Positions 20,529 through 31,412 of a stretch of 64,000 nt of DNA are shown here, piece after piece. Source of the stretch: an uncultured Acidobacteriota bacterium (GTDB lineage: Bacteria; Acidobacteriota; UBA6911; RPQK01; JAPXNP01). A program made the translations under genes and the position numbers. How positions within the stretch are numbered: the first letter of the stretch is position 1; every line of letters starts with the position of its first letter. The stretch lies in the NCBI GenBank assembly GCA_963777605.1, contig CAVZRV010000030.1:256001-320000 (forward strand). Direction: 5' to 3'. The notes under the pieces were generated by a model that was not told where the DNA came from, did not search any database, and saw only the letters and a list, made by a program, of their open reading frames with translations.

Positions 20529-20836
20529 GCACTCTTGGTGTGAGCAGTTAAGCGTTGATTGCGTATACACTTACAGTACTTTCCCTGGAAATCTTCTGGC
20601 TTGGTGGAAGAGCCTTGATTCAAAAAGTCGAATCAGCCGCTTCAATTCTTTGAATTCAGACTTTTTGACCTTTCGGTTGCCGAACCGACGCACCGTGTGC
20701 CGGGGACTCGTGGACAGAGGCGGGGCCTTCGCTGAGGTCGATCAAGGGCCATTTTTGGCATGGTCGAGCGAATGGTTGATATACTCTATAGCCACGCCAC
20801 TTCGAGGCGTAGAAGCACTGTTTTGAGAGATCGCTC

Positions 20837-22477
20837 ATGAACCTGATCATGCCCGGGAGCCTTGCGAAGTGGTTCCGACGTCCCGTCCTTTGTGTCGTCC
20901 TGGTTTTCCTCATGCCGACATTTGCGGCGCTGCGAGCTCAAGACAAGAAGAAGGACTTGCGGCAAGAAGAATCTGTCGATTACTACGACAAGTGGCTCAA
21001 CGAGGACGTCGTTTACATCATCACCCCGCAAGAGCGGGAAGTTTTTGAAAAGCTCACGAATCCCGAAGAGAAAGAGCGCTTTATCGAGCAGTTCTGGTTT
21101 CGGCGGGATCCCGATATGTCCACGCCGACAAATGAATACAAGGAAGAGCACTACCGTCGGCTGGCCTACGCCAATGAGCGGTTCAAGAGTGGCGTTCCCG
21201 GGTGGCGGACCGATCGAGGGCGCATCTACATCATTCACGGGGCCCCTATCGAAGTTGAATCGCACAAGATGGGCCAGAGCTACACGCGCCCGACCAATGA
21301 GGGCGGTGGCCAGACCGTCACTTACCCGTTCGAGATCTGGCGCTATCGCCACATCGAGGGTCTGGGGGACGATATTCAAATTGAGTTCGTCGATCCCGGG
21401 GGAAGCGGTGAGTTCCGAATCGCCCTGACTCCCTGGGAAAAAGACGCGCTGCTGAATATTCCGAATTCAGGCCTGACAATCGCGGAAGAGCTCGGGGTGG
21501 CGACCCGCCGGGATCACCCCTATTTCAGCCCCGGCAACTACGACAGCTATTTTGGGATGCATACGACCATCAGGGACGATCCCTTTATCCGATATGAGAC
21601 GCTGGCCAAGCTGCAACAGGCTCAGCCGATCAAGTACAAGGATCTGAAGGAACTCGTTGATGTCAACATCAGCTACGACCAGGTTCCGTTTCAAACGCGG
21701 ACCGACTATTTCCAGTTGAGTGACCGGCAGGTGTTGAGTTCAATCAGCGTGGAATTACAAAACAAGGACCTTTCCTTTGCCCTTGAAAACGGCGTTAATG
21801 TTGCGCGGGTGGCGATCTACGGTATGGTGACGAGTATTTCGAATCATGTGGTCACCGAGTTCGACGACGATGTGGTTGCGTCGTACACCCCTGCCCAGTT
21901 GACCGCCGGACTTCAATCGCGTTCCATATACCAGAAGGTCCTCCCCCTGGATCGCAAGCTGCGGTACCGGCTGGATCTCATCATTAAGGACCTGGCATCG
22001 GGTAAGGTGGGCCACAAGCGAATCGGGCTGATTCCGCCTGGCGAAACCCCCGACAGGCTGGCGTCGAGTTCGGTGATTCTGTCTGATTCCCTGCAGGAAC
22101 TGGATCGCGTCCCGGAAGTTGACGAAATGTTCCTGCTCGGAAACGTGAAGGTCCGTCCGGTGCTCGACAAGACCTTCTCGGAGAAGGATCCGTTCTGGAT
22201 CTACTTTCAGCTCTACAACGCTCAACTCGATCAGTCGAACCTGACCCCGTCGCTGAAGGTGTCGTACCGGATCAATCACGAAGGGCGGAAGGTCGCGGAG
22301 TTTGTTGACCAAAGCGGGGAGAGCGTCCAGTTCTTTTCCGGGCAGAGGATTGTCCTGATCAGCCGGTTCCCGATCAACGGGTTCAAGGCCGGGACTTACG
22401 AGTTGGAGATTGATGTCGAAGACCAGCTCAGCGGGCAGTCCCTGAGTCTTCGGGATACCTTCAAGGTTTCGAGTTGA
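20837..22477 (+). CDS. GWxTD domain-containing protein
   Basis: WLNEDVVYII, FWFRRDP, EEHYRRLAYANERF and GWRTDRGRIYIIHG; signal peptide. Confidence 0.92.
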   Translation: MNLIMPGSLAKWFRRPVLCVVLVFLMPTFAALRAQDKKKDLRQEESVDYYDKWLNEDVVYIITPQEREVFEKLTNPEEKERFIEQFWFRRDPDMSTPTNEYKEEHYRRLAYANERFKSGVPGWRTDRGRIYIIHGAPIEVESHKMGQSYTRPTNEGGGQTVTYPFEIWRYRHIEGLGDDIQIEFVDPGGSGEFRIALTPWEKDALLNIPNSGLTIAEELGVATRRDHPYFSPGNYDSYFGMHTTIRDDPFIRYETLAKLQQAQPIKYKDLKELVDVNISYDQVPFQTRTDYFQLSDRQVLSSISVELQNKDLSFALENGVNVARVAIYGMVTSISNHVVTEFDDDVVASYTPAQLTAGLQSRSIYQKVLPLDRKLRYRLDLIIKDLASGKVGHKRIGLIPPGETPDRLASSSVILSDSLQELDRVPEVDEMFLLGNVKVRPVLDKTFSEKDPFWIYFQLYNAQLDQSNLTPSLKVSYRINHEGRKVAEFVDQSGESVQFFSGQRIVLISRFPINGFKAGTYELEIDVEDQLSGQSLSLRDTFKVSS

Positions 22478-22677
22478 ATCTTGCTTTCGGTTTGGTATTG
22501 GGAGAGATTGCATCTGTCTTGAGCCCAGGCGGTTGCTGCTGTAATTTGTGTGGTTAAGAATATTGGATTGAGATGGTCGGCGAAGTCCCACGGACAGTGG
22601 TTGTTGAGGGATCAGGGCTGCGAGATGTTGTTTGAGTCCACGAAGCTGACTGCTTGAAAGGGAGAGGGGAAGTACCA

Positions 22678-24006
<1,329 letters not shown>

Positions 24007-24040
24007 GTCAACCGTTAAGATCTGCGATTTGTGATGAGCG

Positions 24041-24075
24041 AGGGGGCAGCTGGTTTTCCAGTTGCCCCTTTTTTT
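24041..24075 (+). terminator. Intrinsic terminator
   Basis: GGGGCAGCTGG-TTTT-CCAGTTGCCCC followed by a T7 tract. Confidence 0.85.
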
Positions 24076-24078
24076 GTG

Positions 24079-24245
24079 GACTTGAAACTGGAATTTGCAG
24101 GCGTCGAATTAAAACGCAAAGGCGCGAAGGCCGCCAGGGGTATTTTCGTTGAAAACAAAAGAGATCTTAGCGACTTAGCGGTTCAAGCCACCCGTGGGCC
24201 AGTTTCATGTGCTGAATAGTTCGCGCAGGACTCAGGTGCGGGGCT
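24079..24245 (-). repeat. Repeat family R1, diverged copy
   Basis: Reverse complement similarity to 6351-6514 (AAACGCAAAGGCGCGAAG, GTTGAAAACAAAAGAG, GCGGTTCAA, CCAGTTTCA). Confidence 0.75.
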
Positions 24246-24337
24246 AGATGAAGATCTCAAACGACCTTAATGCCGTCCCCCTTCCTATAGGTCCCACGGG
24301 TCCCATACGTCCGCGGGTTCCGCGCCAGGAGACACCC

Positions 24338-25690
24338 TCAGGGATGGTCGTCCTGCCTTTCGAACGGCCACTGGTGCGTGCCGCGGGCCACTGCCAGGAA
24401 AGCCAGCACCCCGATCGCCAGAGTTCCCAGGCCGAAAAGGATGAAGTGCAGGCCAAGGGACGAAAACACGTACAGGTATCCCACCAATGAGATCACCACC
24501 GGCAGTGGATAAAACCACATCTTGAACGGCCGTTCGATGTCGGGACGCTTGCGGCGGATAAGGACCACAGCGATCGCCTGGGCCGTAAACTGAATCACGA
24601 TGCGGGCGGCCATCAACCCCAGGATCACGTCCTCGAGCGAGAAGAAACTGGCGATCACTGCCCCGATCCCGATCAGGAGGAGAGACCGATGTGGGAATTC
24701 CTTGGTCGGGTGGAGCTCCCCGAGCCAGCGAAAGAATATGCCGTCCTGGGCTGCCGCATAAGGCACTCGGGAATAACCGAGGAGCAGGGCGTAAATCGAC
24801 GCGAATGCCGTGACTACGATTAGACCTGCCAGGACGTATTGTGCCCATGGCCCGTATACTCGGCCCATGAACAGCGCGCCGATCGACTGCGACGTCATGG
24901 CTTCGTCCCAGGGAACGACCCCGATGAAACCGAAAGAAATAACGACGTTGATGATGGCAACTGCGACAACTGAAAGAACCACAGCCCACGGAATCGTCTT
25001 GGCCGGGTTGCGGACTTCAGAGCCGAGATAGCAGACCTGGTAGTAACCAAGGAACAGATACAGGACGTTGGCCGTGCCTTCTCCCAATCCCTGGAAAAAG
25101 TGCATGTTGACCGTCAATGCGCCGGGAGGAAGGTTGAAGGCAATCGACGGGTCAAAATTGAAAATCCCGGTCAGCATGACCCATCCGGTCGTGACGATCA
25201 TGGTGATCCACAGCCCGAGCATGATCTTGGCGATGTCGGTGATCTTCCGGTAGAGGGCGAAGATCAGAAAGACCCCAATCCCGGCCGCCATAAACTTCAT
25301 CTGAAGGACGGTCATGGTCGGCCAGAACACCTTCAGGTATTGGACCAGCCCGATATTTCCACTCGCGATTTCAAGCGGGCCGGCAAAGAGGATCTGCCAC
25401 ACGAAGAGGAAAGCCATGAGCCTTCCCCACTTGCGGGGGCCGTAACCCTCTCTGAGAAAGACATAGGTTCCGCCGGATGCGGGAAGCGCCGCCCCCAGTT
25501 CCGAAACCAGGAGCCCGTCGGCCAGGGCGATCACGACTCCGACAATCCACGCGATGTAGGATTGAGGGCCTCCGAGGGTCGCAATGATAAGTGGAATCGC
25601 AATAAAGGGGCCGATTCCGACCATGTTGGACATGTTGATCGTGGTCGCGTTCAGGATTCCCAGTCGTCGATGCAAGGCCGGTTGAGACAT
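24338..25690 (-). CDS. APC-family amino acid permease
   Basis: NMVGIGPF, ELGAALPASGGTYVFL and about 12 TM segments. Confidence 0.9.
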   Translation of the reverse strand: MSQPALHRRLGILNATTINMSNMVGIGPFIAIPLIIATLGGPQSYIAWIVGVVIALADGLLVSELGAALPASGGTYVFLREGYGPRKWGRLMAFLFVWQILFAGPLEIASGNIGLVQYLKVFWPTMTVLQMKFMAAGIGVFLIFALYRKITDIAKIMLGLWITMIVTTGWVMLTGIFNFDPSIAFNLPPGALTVNMHFFQGLGEGTANVLYLFLGYYQVCYLGSEVRNPAKTIPWAVVLSVVAVAIINVVISFGFIGVVPWDEAMTSQSIGALFMGRVYGPWAQYVLAGLIVVTAFASIYALLLGYSRVPYAAAQDGIFFRWLGELHPTKEFPHRSLLLIGIGAVIASFFSLEDVILGLMAARIVIQFTAQAIAVVLIRRKRPDIERPFKMWFYPLPVVISLVGYLYVFSSLGLHFILFGLGTLAIGVLAFLAVARGTHQWPFERQDDHP

Positions 25691-25810
25691 GGCCCATGAG
25701 GCTATCACAGCTCTTGGGCGGAAGCGATGCCGAGAGCGGAGAAATTGAGGGGTGAAGAGTGGATGGTTGGGACCGCTTCCGGCAAGGTCTTGCTCCAGGG
25801 AGAGGGGCGC

Positions 25811-26105
25811 GAACCTGAAACTTCATTTTGGATGAGTTTCTGGTTCCTGGTTTCTCGTTCCCGGTGGAGAGTAATCCAGGCAGGCCCTGCCTGGGATGGC
25901 GCCCGGGCAGCTTGCCCGGCGTTTCCCGTTCCCTAAGCTGCAGTCGCCGACGTCGAATTGAAACGCGAAGTCGCCAAGATCGCCAAGGGCATCATTGTTG
26001 AAAGTAAGAGATTTCTTTGCGCCTTAACGCCTTCGCGGTTGAAAACACTCGTGGCCAGTTTCACTTTCCGAATGATCCGCGGGGGGCGCGGCCGGAGCGG
26101 GGCAG
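25811..26105. repeat. Composite R2 (25811-25921) plus R1 (25938-26105, minus)
   Basis: ACCTGAAACTTCATTTTGGATGAGTTTCTGGTTCCTGGTTTCT...GGGCAGCTTGCCCGGCG is closely similar to 51510-51620, and is followed by an R1 reverse copy. Confidence 0.85.
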
Positions 26106-26180
26106 ATTTGAAAGGAATGCCCAAAAAGGTTAACCTAGGATGTAACAATCCAATCATTATTGCCATTGGAGGATAATCAA

Positions 26181-26864
26181 ATGCGACGAACCTTTCCTTT
26201 CATCATAGTCATAGTTTCTCTATTTTCTGCCGCTCTGGCTTCAAACGCGACGACGGATTCCAGGGATGCCGGGATCCTGGGCGATTACCTGGAAGTGAGG
26301 ACCGCCGACGTCTGGACGGGACCCTGCTTTGCGAACGGTGAGGTGAACCTGGTGGGCAAGGAGGCCTTCATGGCCTGGCGCGTCCAATCGGGATCTTGGG
26401 ACGGGGTCAGCCTGGACGGGCTCAAGGTAGTGGCGGTGCTTCGGTCGAATCGTACTTTGGGAGACCCGTTTGCCCGAAACATGAAGACACGTTCCCTGCT
26501 TCTGGTGGATGATCGAGCCTCCAGGGAACAGACAGATGCGCTCGTCCGGTTTGCCCGGACCATGGGAGGCGAGTTGCTCGACGACGTGGCAGGGGTCGAG
26601 TCGGTGCCGATTAACATGGAAATCGTTGCCGATAGCGGGATGGCATCGCTCAAGGCAGGTGGTATATTGGATATGCAAACGCGGGCGCTCAACCATCACG
26701 ACATTCATTGCGGCAACGAAGCGGTTTACTACCCGCCCTTGGCCGCGACGACGTCCGCGAAGCCGGCGTTTGCTTTGGCAAACCGGTTCAGCGGGGATGG
26801 TCTGGGCGTGACGTGGAGTTGTCCGAGCAAGCGAAGTGCCTTCATTGGCACATTTGCCCGTTGA
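26181..26864 (+). CDS. DUF1326-like secreted protein
   Basis: GDYLEVRTADVWTGPCFANGE, HCGNEAVYYPPL; signal peptide and GGAGG RBS. Confidence 0.7.
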   Translation: MRRTFPFIIVIVSLFSAALASNATTDSRDAGILGDYLEVRTADVWTGPCFANGEVNLVGKEAFMAWRVQSGSWDGVSLDGLKVVAVLRSNRTLGDPFARNMKTRSLLLVDDRASREQTDALVRFARTMGGELLDDVAGVESVPINMEIVADSGMASLKAGGILDMQTRALNHHDIHCGNEAVYYPPLAATTSAKPAFALANRFSGDGLGVTWSCPSKRSAFIGTFAR

Positions 26865-26907
26865 TCTTGAGCTAGAGCGTTCTAAGGCAGGACGCAGGAG
26901 GAATCTG

Positions 26908-27555
26908 ATGGTTCGACAATTTGGTCTGGCGGTGCTTCTGGTGATGGCGAGCATCTCGTTCGCTGTGGCTGCCGATGTCACGGTAACCAAAGGGGATGCT
27001 CAGTTGCCCGATCAGGTGCCGGAATCGGTGAAAGCCCTCATGCAAAGCGAGGCCATCACGGTTTCCATCGATGGAAAGCCGCTGGCCCATTTCTGGGTTC
27101 GGTCTGAACTGCCGAGCGTTGCTTCCCCGGGTAGTGCACTGGGAGTTAACTTCACCAAGGTCCAGGAAGGTGGGCTGCTCGGCGTGGTCCAGTTCGTTGC
27201 CGATTGGAGTGACTACAAAGAGAATCCGATTTCTCCAGGCGTCTACACCTTGCGTTACGAGCATCTTCCGTCGGACGGCAACCACATGGGCGTGGCTACC
27301 TACCGTGATTTTGTGTTGCTGGTCCCGGCTGCCGCGGATACCGACCCCAACCAGTCCATGGCCTACGAGGACCTGGTTGCCGCCAGTGCCGGCGCGACCG
27401 GCGTGCCGCACCCGGGTGTGCTGGCCCTGTTTCCGATCTGGGATCAGGTGGATGGCCCGACGATCGTCCAGAACGACATGGATCAGCCCACCCTGGCAAT
27501 CAAGATCGGCGACACCGTGATCGGGTTCGTGGTCGAGGGCCACGGAGAGATTTGA
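26908..27555 (+). CDS. Conserved hypothetical secreted protein
   Basis: Signal peptide, PGVYTLRY..P.DGNHMGV..YRDFVLL, and AGGAGG RBS. Confidence 0.75.
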   Translation: MVRQFGLAVLLVMASISFAVAADVTVTKGDAQLPDQVPESVKALMQSEAITVSIDGKPLAHFWVRSELPSVASPGSALGVNFTKVQEGGLLGVVQFVADWSDYKENPISPGVYTLRYEHLPSDGNHMGVATYRDFVLLVPAAADTDPNQSMAYEDLVAASAGATGVPHPGVLALFPIWDQVDGPTIVQNDMDQPTLAIKIGDTVIGFVVEGHGEI

Positions 27556-27613
27556 GGCTTCCGATGGGTCCGACTTGTCTGCCAAGTCGGACTGGTTAGG
27601 CTGGAGGTTCAGG

Positions 27614-29053
27614 TTAGCCCCGGGGGGGTGATACCAGTCGGTCGGCAAGAAGCCCGACACCCACGGTGGTCGAAGTCCCGATCAGGACGTACCAGGTCCA
27701 GGCCAGGGGCGTGAACCAACCGATCCCGACCAATGCGAGCAACCCGGCAATCATTCCTGCCAGGCCGGCGGTTTCGGACGGGCGCCGGCTCAAGGTGCCG
27801 AGCAGGAAGATTCCGAGAACGCTGCCCATCGTGAAACTGGTGATGGTCAGGCCTGCCTGAAGAACTTCTCCCCAATTACGTGCCAGGAACGACACTAGAA
27901 TGAGCGCAATCCCCCAGCCCAGTGTGAAAAAGCGGGATGCTTTGAAGTAGTGCGATTCTTCTCTGCCGGGACGGATGAAGTTGCGGTAGAAGTCGTTGAC
28001 CGAAGACGAGGACAGGGAGTTGAGCGACCCGCTCAGCGTTGACATGGCGGCTGCAAAAATCGCCGCGATGATGAGGCCCGAGACGCCCGGCGGCATTTCC
28101 TCAACGATGAAAATGGGCAGGATCCGGTTGACCTGGTCAAGGTCCTGGTTCAGCGGGTGATGCTGGTAAAAGGCGTAGAGCATCACGCCGATCAAGAGGA
28201 ACAGGAGGAACTGGAAGATCACCACCACTCCGCTCACGATGAGGGCGATCTGACTCCGTTTCTTGTCACCGCAGGCCAGGTAGCGCTGCACCATCAGTTG
28301 GTCGCTGCCGTGGGTGGCGAAGGTCAGGAACGCCCCGCCGATCAGCCCGGCAAAAATGGTGTAAGGTTCGACCAGGTTCCAGTTCAGGTCGAAGACCCGG
28401 AACTTGTCGGAAGCGGCGGCGACGGTCGTGACTTCGGCCCAGCCCCCCGGGATCCGGCCGAGGATCATGAAGAATGCAAGAATTGCCCCGCCGATGTAGA
28501 CCGTGAGTTGGATGACGTCGTTCCAGACTACCGCCGTCATACCGCCGTAGAAGGTGTACAGGATGGTCACGCTCCCGATAATGATGACCGCCCAGATATC
28601 CGATATCTGGGTGACCACCGAAAGAACGAGTGCCGTCGCGAAAAGCCGCACGCCGTCCGCAAGTGCGCGAGTGATCTGGAAGATCAGGGCCGACAGGTTG
28701 CGGACCCGTCCCCCGAACTGGTGGTTCAGCAGTTCGTAAGCGGTCTGCAGTTCCCCACGGAAGTAGCCGGGGATCAGGATGATGGCGACCAGGATCTTGC
28801 CGAGCAGGTAGCCGAAGGTTAGCTGGAGGAAGGTCAGATCTCCCGTATACGCAATCGCCGGGGCGCCGATGAAGGTCAGCGTGCTGGTTTCGGTTGCGAC
28901 GATGGAAAGGGAGATTGACCACCACGACATGTGGCGTCCCCCGAAGAAGTAGTCGCGGGTGTCTTTCTGGCCCCGCCCCAGCCAGGTTCCGAACGCTGCC
29001 GTGGCGATCAGGTAGATGGTGAGAATGCAGTAATCGAGAACGGTGAATCCCAC
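27614..29053 (-). CDS. Sodium:solute symporter
   Basis: SIVATETSTLTFIG, GGMTAVVWNDVIQ, DQLMVQRYL and AAAMSTLS. Start is GTG 29053 or ATG 29074. Confidence 0.92.
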   Translation of the reverse strand: MGFTVLDYCILTIYLIATAAFGTWLGRGQKDTRDYFFGGRHMSWWSISLSIVATETSTLTFIGAPAIAYTGDLTFLQLTFGYLLGKILVAIILIPGYFRGELQTAYELLNHQFGGRVRNLSALIFQITRALADGVRLFATALVLSVVTQISDIWAVIIIGSVTILYTFYGGMTAVVWNDVIQLTVYIGGAILAFFMILGRIPGGWAEVTTVAAASDKFRVFDLNWNLVEPYTIFAGLIGGAFLTFATHGSDQLMVQRYLACGDKKRSQIALIVSGVVVIFQFLLFLLIGVMLYAFYQHHPLNQDLDQVNRILPIFIVEEMPPGVSGLIIAAIFAAAMSTLSGSLNSLSSSSVNDFYRNFIRPGREESHYFKASRFFTLGWGIALILVSFLARNWGEVLQAGLTITSFTMGSVLGIFLLGTLSRRPSETAGLAGMIAGLLALVGIGWFTPLAWTWYVLIGTSTTVGVGLLADRLVSPPRG

Positions 29054-29174
29054 TGGGCGAGAATCATAACCCATCCGGGGGAGGATTGCGCGGTGAAGGC
29101 GCAAACTCAGTTTCACCTCTTTGACTTATCCGGCGGCGCCGGGGGATGTCTCCGACAGTTTCCTGCCAGCTTCG

Positions 29175-29260
29175 AGTCCAGAGAAGCTTCCGCTTCCCGC
29201 GGGTCAGTTGCTGCCTACCCGGAAGGGCAAGAAGCGGAAGCTTTCTCTTCCATCTCCAAA
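29175..29260. repeat. REP-like palindrome family R3
   Basis: AGAGAAGCTTCCGCTTC...GAAGCGGAAGCTTTCTCT. Confidence 0.6.
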
Positions 29261-29265
29261 TTTGG

Positions 29266-31212
29266 CTATTCCTCTTCGGGGATCCATACTGTCATTTCTC
29301 CCTTGCCGCGGTTTGCCCAGGCGTAGTAGGGAATCGCCGTGATGCGGACTGCCCTTGAGTCGGTGCCCTCGCCCTGGAATCCATTGCCGGATATCTCGAC
29401 AACGCCATTCAGGAGATCACCTCGGTAGGAGTTGGTTAGCTCCGGGTTCCGGGCAAGGCGAAAATTCAATACTTTCCGGCCCGGGTTGTCGGGCCACTCG
29501 AGGCAGTAAACCAGCGGCCCACGCTGGATGGCGGCCTGTCCGCGATCGGCTTCGACCTGCGGGTTGGCCAGGACTCGCCGAACGGGCATCGGAAGGTTGA
29601 CCTCGACCTGGTCCCCCGGTTTCCAGGTCCGGCGGAGCAGGGCGTAACCTTTGTCCAACTGGTATTTGGCAGTCGTTCCGTTGACCTTGACGACGACCGG
29701 GGAGGTTGCCGGGGTCTCGAAACGGTAGAGGTCGCTCGGGATCGCATCCTGCCCCGTCCAGCCGGGTACCCGGACAGCGAGTTCGAACTGTTGCGCCTGC
29801 TTGGGTTCAACAGAGATCGTGATGTCGCCGTCCCAGGGGTAGTTGGACGCTTGACTGAGATGAAGCTTGCCGCCGGCAACGTCGAGGTCGGTACTGCCGG
29901 CAATAAAGAGGTTCACGTAGACCCTGTCATCTTTATGGGCGTAGACGTAGCCAGGAATCGAGGGGAGAAAGCGGGTCAGGTTGCTGGGGCAGCAGGCGCA
30001 GCCAAACCAGGCGCTCCGTTCGTCCTTTCCGGTCGACTGGAGCCGGTTGGGGTAGAAGAACCGGTCGCCGGAGAGGCCGAGACCGGAAAGCACCCCATTG
30101 TAGAGCGTACGCTCCAGGACATCGACATAACGCGCGTTCCCGTGAAGCAGGAACATGCGCTGGTTCCAGAAGACGTTCGCGATGGAGGCGCAGGTCTCGC
30201 AATAGGCGGTCAGGTTGGGTAACTCGTAGTCACCGCCGTAGGCCTCTCCTGATGAAGTCGAACCGACTCCGCCGGTCAAGTAGATCTTCCCGGACACGAC
30301 GTTGCTCCAGATTCGATCGATTGCCTGCACATAGGCACGCTCGCCGGTCAGCGCCGCAACGTCGGCCATTGCGGAATACATGTAGTTTGCCCGGACCGCG
30401 TGCCCGACGGCCTCGGTCTGGTCGAGCACCTTGAGGTGAGCCTGGTTGTAGGAATCGCCACCCGGGCCCCGGACGTCCAGGAAGAACCGCGCCAGGTCCA
30501 GATATTCCTGTCGACCTGTGATCCGGTAGAGCTTGGCCAGGCCGATCTCGACTTCCTGGTGTCCCGGGTAGTCCTCCCGCTTTCCCCACCCGAACGTGCG
30601 GACGAGCAGGTCGGCGCTCCTGGTGGCAACATCGAGCAGGGAACGCTTGCCGGTGGACTGGTAGTGGGCGGCCGCTGCCTCAAACAGGTGGCCCAGGTTG
30701 TAGAGTTCATGGCTCAGTTCATGGACCTTTTCCCATCGGTGTCTGCCGGCCCACTCGTGGGCATTGACACCCATGATCGTGCGATTCGTATAAAGGTAGC
30801 CGTCGGGTTCCTGGGCCGCGGCAATCTTGGAAATAACCCTGTCGAGATAGGCATCGAGTTTGGGGTCGGGCACGGTCTGAAGCGAGTAGGATGCTCCCTC
30901 GATGATCTTGTAGACGTCCGAATCGTCGAAGGGGTAGATGGAGCAGAAACTGCCCTGGATCTGCCCGGCGGCGATCTCGAAATTCTTGATCCGACCGGTC
31001 TCCTCACTCTGCTCGAAAGCGTATGGAATCGTCTTGGTGTGGTTTAGGCGAATCCGAGGTGCCCAAAACTGGTCGGTCACCTTCACGTTGCTGAAAGGGA
31101 CCGGAAGGACCGGGTAGTCGTGCGGAATCGTTTTCGGACTGGACTGTGCGGCAGATGCCGAACAGAAGATCAAAGCAAGCAAACAGGCGGGCAACAGACG
31201 GTCAGAGCGCAT
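29266..31212 (-). CDS. GH127 beta-L-arabinofuranosidase-like glycoside hydrolase, secreted
   Basis: HELYNLGH, GHAVRA, YCETCAS, CACCPSN and IPYYAWANRG. Confidence 0.93.
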   Translation of the reverse strand: MRSDRLLPACLLALIFCSASAAQSSPKTIPHDYPVLPVPFSNVKVTDQFWAPRIRLNHTKTIPYAFEQSEETGRIKNFEIAAGQIQGSFCSIYPFDDSDVYKIIEGASYSLQTVPDPKLDAYLDRVISKIAAAQEPDGYLYTNRTIMGVNAHEWAGRHRWEKVHELSHELYNLGHLFEAAAAHYQSTGKRSLLDVATRSADLLVRTFGWGKREDYPGHQEVEIGLAKLYRITGRQEYLDLARFFLDVRGPGGDSYNQAHLKVLDQTEAVGHAVRANYMYSAMADVAALTGERAYVQAIDRIWSNVVSGKIYLTGGVGSTSSGEAYGGDYELPNLTAYCETCASIANVFWNQRMFLLHGNARYVDVLERTLYNGVLSGLGLSGDRFFYPNRLQSTGKDERSAWFGCACCPSNLTRFLPSIPGYVYAHKDDRVYVNLFIAGSTDLDVAGGKLHLSQASNYPWDGDITISVEPKQAQQFELAVRVPGWTGQDAIPSDLYRFETPATSPVVVKVNGTTAKYQLDKGYALLRRTWKPGDQVEVNLPMPVRRVLANPQVEADRGQAAIQRGPLVYCLEWPDNPGRKVLNFRLARNPELTNSYRGDLLNGVVEISGNGFQGEGTDSRAVRITAIPYYAWANRGKGEMTVWIPEEE

Positions 31213-31412
31213 CAGGGTTTCCTCCAGCCTACAGGGAGGGGAGTCAAGAGTCCCCCTCCCCACGCGGACAAGGTTACCATCCCGGCGGAGCCTGGACGAT
31301 CCCTGAAGGGAAGTGCCGGAGAGTTTTGCCGGAGGGAACGAAACGGATTCGGCCGCCCGGCTTATTGGGCGGCCGGTCTTGTCATGGACTCTGACTCTGA
31401 GCGCGGTCTGTA

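Noticed and set aside
27888-27900. GACACTAG matching the MITE end
   Set aside because: A single end inside an intact symporter CDS, with no partner end or core sequence.
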